A stretch of DNA of 64,000 nucleotides, from the NCBI RefSeq assembly GCF_009914755.1, contig NC_060931.1. The stretch is one strand, 5' to 3'. This stretch comes from the human T2T-CHM13v2.0 reference genome, Homo sapiens. The translations under genes were made by a program, and so were the position numbers. The stretch's first letter is position 1; every line of letters starts with the position of its first letter. Shown here in pieces: positions 54,885 to 64,000 of the stretch. Under the pieces are notes generated by a model that saw only the letters and a program-made list of their open reading frames with translations, had not been told where the DNA came from and did not search any database.

Positions 54885-55640
54885 AAAGTGCAATTTTATT
54901 ACATGCATAGATTGTATAATGGTAAAGTCAGGGCTTTTAGGATATCCATCACCCAAATAACATACATACGTATGTACTTAATGTACTCACTAATTTCTCA
55001 TCATCTACCCCTGCCCAGCCCCCTACCCTTGCAAGTCTCCAGTGTTTACCATTCCACACTCTACGTCCATGTGTACACATTATTTAGCTCCCACTTATGA
55101 GTGAGAACATGTGATATCTTTCTGCATCTGATTTTTTCCTTAAGACAGTGGCCTCTGAGGCCGGGCACGGTGGCTCACGCCTGTAATCCCAGCACTCTGG
55201 GAGGCCGAGGCGGGTGGATCATGAGGTCAGGAGTTCAAGGCCAGCCTGGCCAACATAGTGAAACCCTGTTTCTACTGAAAATACAAAAAAAATTAGCCGG
55301 GCATGGTGGCGGGTGCCTGTAATCCCAGCTACTCGGGAGGCTGAGGCAGGAGAATTGCTTGAACCAGGAGGCGGAGGTTGCAGTGAGTGGAGATCGTGCC
55401 ACTGCACTGCAGCCTGAGTGACAGTGTGAGACTCTGTCTCAAATTAAAAACAACAACAACAAAAAAGACAATGGCCTCTGGTTCCATCCACGTTGCTGCA
55501 AACGACATGATTTCATTCTTTTTTTAAAAAATGGCTGAATAGTTTTCCATTGTGTATGTGTACCACATTTTCTTTATCCAGTCATCCATTGATGGACACT
55601 TGGGTTAATTCCATATTTTTACTATGGTGAATGGTGGCAT
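54885..55640 (-). mobile_element. L1MA 3' end split by an Alu
   Basis: atttagctcccacttatgagtgagaacatgtga...catccattgatggacacttggg. Confidence 0.85.
55159..55466 (+). mobile_element. AluS (Sg-like) SINE inserted in L1
   Basis: TSD aagaca(g/a)tggcctctg. Confidence 0.93.
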
Positions 55641-56308
55641 TAGTGTTTAAAATCTGGGGAGAAGATAGATCAGTTTGCATAAGAAGCCATGGAATGGGAC
55701 TCCAGTCTCTTCTTTCTAAGATTTAGAGTTTTGTGTTGGTTTTGAGTCAGCCTAAGTGGCCCTAATCAAGACCCAAAGGCCTGTCACACTTTGGGGCTGG
55801 TGAGGCTCAACAACTGAGCATCACACAGAGAGACGCCACTCCTGTCCTGTGTCCTTTACATAAACAGCCTCTGAACTGCTGAGGCCCGTTGGGGAGTGAA
55901 GTAAGCAGGACGGTGGAGAGGCCATGCAGGAGCCATGGGGAAGGTGGAGCTGTGGAGGCTGGAGTGTAGGGACGGCTGCTCTGCTCCTACCAATCTGTGA
56001 GAACCTGTGGGATAGTTTTTGAGGACTCCTCTTGAGGGTTCGTAGAGCATCTTTGTGGGGCTGAAATTCCTGCCTGGTTTGGAGGATGCTGTGGAGTCGG
56101 CAAACATTGAGCTTAAATATTAACAGGATATCATCGTAGACAAAAGCCAGGGCAGCCTGGGGTCATTCATCAAAATTCTGAGGGTACCCCTGCTCTCACC
56201 TGCATGGCTGAGGGGCTGAACCATGCTCTCAGCTTGTTTTCTCAACATTTTGGGTTGCTCCATTGCTTTCAGAATCCCATATACTCAGCCAGGTTCTTGG
56301 TTTCATGA

Positions 56309-56712
56309 TGCTTTAGTCAGCTTGGGTTAACATGACAAGATACCATCGACTGAGTGGCTTAAACAGAAACTTATTTTCTCACAGTTATGGAGGCCAGAAG
56401 TCCAAGATCAAGATGCCGGTGTGATGGGTTTCTGGTGGGGGCCCCTTTCCTGGTTTGTAGATGGCTACCCTCTCACTGTGTCCTCACATGGTGGGGAGAC
56501 AAAAAGAGAGGGGAGGAGGGGCAGGGGAGACAGGGGGAGGGAACTTTCTGGTATCTCTTCTTATTAGGGCACTAATCCCATCATGAGAGCCCCACAGTCA
56601 AGATTTCATCTAAACCTAATTACTTCCCAAAGGCCCCATCTTTAAATACCATCATATTGGGGGCTTGGGCTTCAATGTGTGAATTTTGTGGGGACATAAT
56701 TCAGTCCATAGC
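56309..56712. mobile_element. MaLR solo LTR (MLT1A/MST-like)
   Basis: gagtggcttaaacagaaacttattttctcacagtt...gggacataattcagtccatagca. Confidence 0.82.
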
Positions 56713-57254
56713 ACGTGGAATGCTCATGAGCCTCCCACTCATATCTCAGTCTTCCTATAAAGGGAAAACTGTGATTATTCTTCTATGGGCAGTGCCATCT
56801 TCCCAGGAGGGGGAGTACCCACTCTTTCTCTGAACTTTTGCTCTCTGAACAGTCATTTTTCATCTTCCTTGACTTTGCTCTGATCTCCTCCTTATGCAAC
56901 ATACCTGTGGAGTCTTGTGTCCTGTCTTTTGGGATGTCTCTAGCCAGGGACTATGTCAAGATAAGGAATAAGAGCTTAGTTTTGCCCCTGCAGCTCTCCC
57001 CCTCACATCTCAGGGATGCAAAGAGAGTTTTCAGGTCTCATCCCCTGTTGTGGTGGAATCTGGGGAGGAAGAAATTCTAAATAGGCAGCCATAGGCTGCA
57101 GGGAATGGAGGCTGCCCACTCACAGCCCGGGTAGCACTGCTAACCACCTACTCCTATGGGTCAGGACTTTTTTGCTGAAAGCTGTGGTGATTATCAAAAT
57201 AGTAAACAACCAATAACACAGTCAAAATGGCTGCTGACCATAAGCCATAGATGA

Positions 57255-57981
57255 TGAGACGGGAAAGATCCCGTGACCCCCTTCGCAGGTGGGAACTGGA
57301 GTGGCTGGTTTCACTCAGCCTGCTGCTGGCCACTCCACGCAGGAGTGTGTGAAACAGTGAGTGTGAGAACTGGACGAATGAACATTGAAACTGGCTGGTC
57401 GCTCCTTTCTGGCGTGATCAGGCTCTGTGCGGGCCCTGTACAACCAGTACTCTTTCAGCTCTGCCGTCCAGGGATGGCCAAGTGCAAACCAATGCAGTGA
57501 AGGATCAGGGTGGTAGCCCCTACCCGCTCAGCACCCGGGTTCTCGTCTGGTGTCCAGGAAGAAACAGGTCACACAAACTGTTTAAAAGGTGATGAATGCA
57601 GAAGCCTTTATTGAGCGGTGGGTGGCTGTCAGCAGAAAGGGAGGCTGGAAAGGGGATGGAAAGGTGATAGTTCTCTGAAACCTGGCCGTCTTCGGCTGGG
57701 GCCCCTCTCCAAAACCATGCTGTCTGAGGTTAGCTGCATCTATCTGTAGTCTCGGACACTCAGTTACTTTTCTGCTCACTGCTTAGCTACTTGTATCCTT
57801 GACACTCAGCTGCTTGTATTGCTCTGCCAGCTGAAGCCTTTAACGGACATAGGATAGGGGTGGGGCAGGCTAAAAAGGCAACATTTGGATGAAAAAAAAA
57901 ACAGGCTCAGCTGTTTTCACTTAGGGAGTGGTTCAAGGCTTAAGGGTGGGATTTAACCGAGAGCCCTGCCCTTCTGTATCA
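57255..57981 (-). mobile_element. ERV1 solo LTR (MER50-like)
   Basis: TG...CA termini; minus strand begins TGATACAGAAGGGCAGGGCTC...CCCTAAGTGAAAACAGCTG; minus-strand AATAAA near 57607; CpG remnants. Confidence 0.65.
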
Positions 57982-58009
57982 TTACCACTATATGGATGTA
58001 AATGAGCTA

Positions 58010-58560
58010 AATATCAGCTCTGGTTGTAAGTACCAGGACTCCGACTCCAATTGGGCTAAATAAGACTCCTCCAACTGGGGAACTGAGGGTGCTTGGGGGG
58101 TGGCTATGGTTTAAGTTTGGCAGGATCCTGGGGCTCGAATGCTGCTGCTATAGCTTTGTGTGGGCCTCTGTCAGTCTCTCACCTCTGTCCTCCCTCTTTG
58201 GATTGTCCTCTTCCTGGAGGCAAGCTCTCCTAATGCAATGAGGGAGATAGTTAATGAAAATCCCATGGAAACACCCTTCCAGTTTAGCAACTAGCCCCAG
58301 TGGGAAAAGGCACTTCTCTCACTCTCCGCCTACATAGAGAAGGGCTCTGCTGGGTCGTCATAGCTCATGCCTAGTCCTAGGGCAGTCACTGTTGTCAGGG
58401 CAATGAGGTATGATAATTGACCCAATCCGGGTCCATTTTGTTTCTGTGTGTATGTTTGTGCTTAATTGCATCACGAGACTCATATGGAACAGGGAAGAAA
58501 CAGTTCCTCAAAAGAAACTGGGAGGTGCTGGCAGGCAAACATGCGAACCATCTACTATCT
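58010..58560. mobile_element. Ancient MLT1J/K-like LTR
   Basis: ctctggttgtaagtacc...gattgacccaatccgggtcca...gaggtgctggcaggcaaac. Confidence 0.4.
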
Positions 58561-59721
58561 ACTTGTTGATAACAAGATGTTGGTGAAGAGTAGAAGAGCT
58601 CCTCTCACCACAAACTTGTGCACTGCTGTACTTGATTCAACTCATATTTTGGATGCTGCTTCTAAAATTGGTGGGAGGAAAATCCCAAAAGGTTGACTCA
58701 TGGTGATGAGAGTAGTGAGGGAGGAAGGGACTGCCTGTGTGGTGTGGTTTTCTTTCTGTGGGTTTACAGATGAATTATTGGGTGCTCTACTTCTGCCTTT
58801 CCCTGGGGGTGTCTAGTAGACACCAGTGCAGGGCAGGGAAGGTGAGGGGGCTCAGGCCACCTCCCCAGAAGCTCTCTCTCCTGAACTGGCATCCATGCAC
58901 ACCTCCCTGTCATGCACATGCAGTGTTTCTGTGCAGGGTGTGGAGACACAGCTCCTTGTGGTGCAATGAGGAGAGGTTGCTTTAATATGACTCACTCTGT
59001 TTTTTAAAGGTTTATTTTTATCAGCTGTGCATGGGTTAGGGTTAGAAGGTAGTTGATGTTTAGGTATGAGTGGGAACCTGCCTCCCATTTTCATTCACTA
59101 TAATTGGATGTGGATGGGTTTTTTGAGCAGACAGTAGGATGAGAGAGGGGGCTTAAAGAAAGGAGGAGAGGGCCCACTCTTATGGGAGATTGCTCCAGGC
59201 AGAGCAGCTGGAGAGCAAAGAAGATGTATAGCTGGAGGTGGGCACAGCAAACAGAAAGGGAAAAGAGGAAAATGATGTGGGTGGAGATGGATGGAGATGC
59301 AGGGAGTGAGGAAGGTGCAGAGAGAGAGGCTGGTGGAGAATTTGAAAGCCAGGAGTGATTTAGTGAAGCAGTGATGTGGAAAGAAGGATTTGAGAGTTGT
59401 GGTGTTTGTGAATCAGCCATGCAGATAAATATTTTAGCCATCGTGATCAAAAATGTGTATCACAATTCATGGGATGTACAAGCAAAACCTAGGAGGGTAA
59501 AGATTACAGATGGATGTCCACTGTCACCACTATTTTGCTAATTTGGTTCTGTAGCTCCTTAAACAGTAGCTAACTCACTTTTATTGAATGCCCTTTATAT
59601 GCCAAGGACAGAGCTAACCACATTACCAGCGTTGTCTCATTTCATGCTCATAACAATCCTATGAACAGGTGCTATTTAAGCAACCCTATTTTATAGATGG
59701 AGAAATAGGCTTGATGGCCCA

Positions 59722-60156
59722 GTGTTTTAGTTTCATGGGGCTGCTGTAACAAAGTACCACAAACTGGATGGCTTGGAACAACAGAAACTTATTGTTTCTC
59801 AGTTGTAGAGGCTGGAAGTCTGAAATCAAGGTGTCAGCAGAGCCATGCTCCCTCTGAAGGTGCTAGAGAAGGATCTATTCCATGGCTCTCTCCTAGCTGT
59901 TGGTAGTTTCTTGGCTTGCAGCAGTAACTGCAACCTTCACCTGGCATTCTCCCCGTGTATGTCTGCCTCTTCACATGGCATTCTTTCTATAAATGGATAA
60001 ATTTTGGATGAGGGGCATATCCAACCCCAGGATGACTTCATTAATTAATTTTAACTGCAATGACCCTATTTCCAAATAAATTAACATTCTGTGGCCCTGA
60101 GGATTAGGACTTCAACACATGAATTTGGGAGGAGGGACGTAATTCAACCTGTAACA
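59722..60156. mobile_element. MaLR solo LTR (MLT1B/C-like)
   Basis: ggctgctgtaacaaagtaccacaaactggatggctt...gaccctatttccaaataa...aattcaacctgtaaca. Confidence 0.82.
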
Positions 60157-61754
60157 CCCAGGAACCCATGGACACCTGGGGTCCTATGTTGGCAGTGCTC
60201 CTGGCCTGTTCCCACCTCCTCTGAGGCCTCTGGCAAGGACAGGCATCCCCCTGCTCTGCGGCTGGCTCTGGGGCTCAGCTGTGGTGCACACACTACAGTG
60301 ACAGCCTTGGCCTGATGGGCTGGAGTCATTGCCAGGGGGCAGGTGCTCTGGCCCGGCCGCCATGGCAGCTGTGTCTTTGTCATCACTGCCATGTCTTGCT
60401 GACCCTCTGGAGAACCTCCTACCACTCTTTGTCATTTTTTGTTTGTCCTCTGTGAAATAGACTCACAGCCTCCGTCTATGTGCTTCTCCATCTACGATGC
60501 CTGTGTAATTGTTTCATAAATGCTTTTGGAAAATGATTTGTTTCCATTGCAAATGCACCATGATTCACTTTTGCCTTTCTATCTGTGGATTTAAAATGGA
60601 TCTGCACTCCCCCTGCCAAAACCCCAGGAAGGCAAATGTAAACAGTGTACCTGCTTAGGGGTCCCACTATCTTTGAGAATAAAATTATCAGCATCCTTTC
60701 TCTTCCTTAGACTATCTTCAAAAGCTGAGGCCTGTTGTACTACTTCCTGGGCTGGTTTCTGTTCAGCAGCATATTTGATAGGGAACTGTGATTTGAATGA
60801 TTCTATCAGTTCCCCAGCAAAGCAAGCCTCATTCTTGTCACTCCTCATTCTTATTTGGAAGTCTATAGAGGACACACACAGTCACATTCCCCTTTACTGT
60901 ATAATGTTCCAATCAGCAGCCAGCATAATGAAATCCAATTCATATGTTAGGCTGTTGTGGTTCTAAAAATATTTCACATCCCCCTGAGGGGCTAAGGAAA
61001 TTGGAGGAATCAAGGTATTACCGCAAACCTGTCATTTGCAGAAAAGTTCTTCAATCATTTTTGGAGGTGGTAGATTTGTTCTTAAGAAAACAAAAATAGA
61101 TCAGCTCTCCAAAATGAGGCTGCGTGTGAGATCGTTCCACTGAACCTTTACTCAGATGCCAGGCCCTGCGTGCAAGTCTAATGATCCCTCACTTCAGATA
61201 TATATGAATTATTAAGGTCAGTTAATTAACACATTTTTCTTCTGCTGAAGTAATTAGATGAATAGAGCTCTTGCCCTCTTTTTGGCTTTCCTGGCAGTTG
61301 CTCAGGGCTGAATAGAGGCAGTAAACATATTGCCAAACAGATGCTAACCAGAGAAGTAATTTTTCAGTTTCCATTTGATTTCTGAAGTGTTATCCTGCAA
61401 CTGAAATAAGCTCCTACTTGGGGATGGTAGGGGAGGGCAATGCGGAAAAAGAGAGAATGAGGTGAAGAATGGGCAACAAGCCCCCACACAAATCTGCCTG
61501 AGAGCCTCTGCTAGATACCCAATGTTCATGTGTCATTCCACCTAATTTTTTTAATACTTCCTTCACAACATCTCTATGTCATTTGTACAAAAGTTATCCA
61601 AAGGGAATATTTATTACAGCTGTTTGCATGAATATTCCCAGGCCATTTCCTTTCTGTCCCTGGTGTGGCCACAACATTTTAAGTGGCCAGAAATTAGGAT
61701 TTGGTACGTTTAAAGTGGTTTGTCTGTAATACGTGTCTCTTGATTTTTCTAGGT

Positions 61755-61920
61755 CAGTGGTTCCCCAGACTGCCTTTGTACTAGAATCATCTAGGGGCAC
61801 CTAAGAAAGAACACCTTCCCAGCCTTTACCTAAGATTGATGATCTCAGCATCTCTGGGGACTGGCCTGGAAATAGGAGTTTAAAACATCTCTCAGGGTAA
61901 ATCTGATGCTCAGTCAGAGT
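61755..61920. mobile_element. MER5A-like (hAT-Charlie)
   Basis: cagtggttcccca...agaatcatctagggg...cagcatctctgggga. Confidence 0.6.
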
Positions 61921-63102
61921 GTGGGAGGTGCTGTTCTTCGTAATGGAGATGGAAGTGTCGACACTCAGGAGCTCTCCTTCTCTTTGCAGACAGGTGAACT
62001 GTGATCATTCTATACCCTGGGCCTAATGGCCAGTCCAGGGAAGCCTCCTGAGTTGGTCCAGTCAAACACACGAAATGGCATTGATGGCTTGGTCTGTGGG
62101 TGTGATATGCATTACTCAGGATCGCTTGATGTTTTTGTCTCCAGGGCCTCTGCTGGAGCAACCAGCATTTTATGAAAATTGCCTTCTGTGGGAAGTCTGG
62201 CCGAGGAGGCAGTGTCCCACAGAAGAGAAAGATAAAGACATAGGTAGCAACTTTCAGACTTCCAAGAGCTCCAGTTTTTTCACCTGTGAAACAGGTTTAA
62301 TCATAACCCATGCAGCTGTAAGGCAGGAACAAGGTGATGTGTGTGTGAGTCCTAAGTAAGTTTTAAAGTACTGTATTCATGGAAGGATGATGATGATGGT
62401 GATACTGATTTCAGCAAAACTCTGATAGAGATAAAGGAGTATAATGGAGGGTTGGAGAAGAAGGGATAGAAATTGTGCTGTCCTTAAGGGTGGGGCAGGT
62501 GGCCTAGCAGCGTCATGCCTGAAACACAGTCAATAAATGTTTCCTTGCTGAACGCTGCCTGGCTGAAATTCTGTGTGATTCCCCTGGTATGTCTTTCCCA
62601 TATTTAGTAAAATGTAATGATCACTTTTCCTGGTTTTAGCAACATTTTGCTTTCAAAAATATCATGGATGCAAGGAAGTTCCCTCACAGTGATTTGCCAT
62701 AGCTCCACACCTCCCGGGAATGGTCCTGGAGACAGGCCTGTGCATCGAGGCACGTGGAGTGGGCTGGTCTATAGCACCCACCTTAGGAACCTGGGGACTT
62801 CATGAGGGGCCCGACTGCATGACAACTTGCTAGAATTCCCAAGAAAAATGATGGAGGAAGCATTATGATCGGTGGTAGGGCTCACAGACAGTAAAGATTA
62901 GAAGCCACGATCAAAAGAGGGGATGAAAACGGCTCCAGTTGAACTCTTTTTGAAATGGCAGAGTTGAGGCACATGGGCTCTATAGCTGGGATCCTGGGTC
63001 ACATTCGTTGACAGTTGGGAGGGATAGCAGGACCTAAGTGCTTTATATGCATTATCTCACTTAATTCTTATAACAGCTCTAAAGCAATAGTATAATAAGA
63101 GG

Positions 63103-63447
63103 GGCACAATCCCTTATTTACAATTTGGAAACCCAAAAATCTTTGAAAGCCTCAAGCTTTTCATAATTCATTTGAATGTGAAATGAACCTGACCTGAAAT
63201 CTTTTGACAGCAAAACCTAACTAGAACTTATGTGAGACTTTTTCTAGTTTTGATTTATCCCACCTGTTGTAAATATTCATGTTTTGCTGCAGAAATATTA
63301 ATGAATTTGATTATAGAGGAGTGCATCAGAGCTCACTGGGTGTGTTACATAATACATGGCATATACACCATGCTACTGTTCTATCATCCAGAAATCTGAA
63401 TTCTGAAAACACGTCTGACCTCCTCCCAGAGTTTGGGAATAGGGATT
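63103..63447. mobile_element. MER46-like Tigger MITE inserted in a MIR
   Basis: acaatcccttat ... atagggatt degenerate TIRs; ctgaattctgaaaacacgtctg. Confidence 0.55.
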
Positions 63448-63503
63448 TTCATTCTGTTTCTCCACTTTCACAGAAAAAAAATGAAGCTTAAATCAGTGAA
63501 GTA

Positions 63504-63579
63504 TTAGGTTGGTGCAAAATTGCAGTTTTTGCCATTACTTTCAATGGCAAAAATCGCAATTACTTTTGCATCAACCTAA
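63504..63579. mobile_element. MADE1 (Hsmar1-derived MITE)
   Basis: TA-flanked palindromic ttaggttggtgcaaaa...ttttgcatcaacctaa. Confidence 0.92.
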
Positions 63580-63889
63580 TAATTTGCCTAGGGTCACAAA
63601 GCTGCTAAGTTGGGAACTATGGTTGTGCCCCAAGTCTGTTGTGAGATATTCTGCTAAGAGTTGCTGTTTCTTCCTTGGTTTTGAATCCCTTTCCCAAAAG
63701 CTTTCCTTTTTGTTGTCCTGGTTTGTGTGGCAGGCTCCAGGAGGAGGTATGTGTGTGTGTGCATCGTGGGAAGTAGAGTCAGGTCTTCCTGCTTAGCTAC
63801 CCATACTCAGGCTGCCTTGTTCTGTAAATACCTTGCGTTTTTCCTAAAACACAAGTCTGATCATTCCACTCACCTGCTTAAAAGCTTTT

Positions 63890-64000
63890 AGTGTACTATT
63901 CATAATAGCAAAGATAAGGAATTAACCTAAATGCCCTACAACAGTAGACTGGATAAAGGAAAGGTGGTACATATACACCAAGGAATACCATGAAACTACA
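63890..64000 (+). mobile_element. L1 (PA/PB) 3' region, runs off the window
   Basis: ctattcataatagcaaaga...acctaaatgccc...gactggataaag...catatacacca. Confidence 0.8.

Noticed and set aside
56509-56542. G-rich tract as a regulatory G-quadruplex
   Set aside because: Lies in the purine-rich variable segment of a MaLR LTR, far from any promoter.

Overview
Human (primate) genomic DNA, AT-rich and rich in Alu, MIR and L1 repeats. I recognise it as the 7q31.1 IFRD1-LSMEM1 locus. It contains, on the + strand, coding exons 2-12 of IFRD1 (exon 1 is upstream of the window; exons 2-12 splice in frame to the C-terminus ...RADVGEFF*, stop at 23820-23822) with several poly(A) signals. The complete 131-aa CDS of LSMEM1 (C7orf53) follows in three coding exons (33112-38240), then ~25 kb of intergenic DNA made of old transposons (Alu, MIR, L1, L2, CR1, MaLR and ERV1 LTRs, hAT, Tigger and Mariner MITEs). 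Almost all ORF-track entries are Alu-derived or chance ORFs. I see no CRISPR array, rRNA or tRNA. The locus is well known, so no new gene is claimed. The most interesting signals are at RNA-processing level: (i) IFRD1 exon 5 starts with GTAAGAG and rebuilds a strong 5' splice site after ligation (recursive-splicing / poison-exon logic); (ii) two tandem consensus donors hidden in self-complementary hairpins in intron 5; (iii) a set of splice and poly(A) signals that could link the IFRD1 3' end to the LSMEM1 5' region; (iv) a ~130-bp templated duplication bracketing IFRD1 exon 12; (v) a template-switch palindrome cluster at ~42.6 kb. Exon boundaries were read by hand and are exact; repeat boundaries and subfamily names are by-eye approximations.
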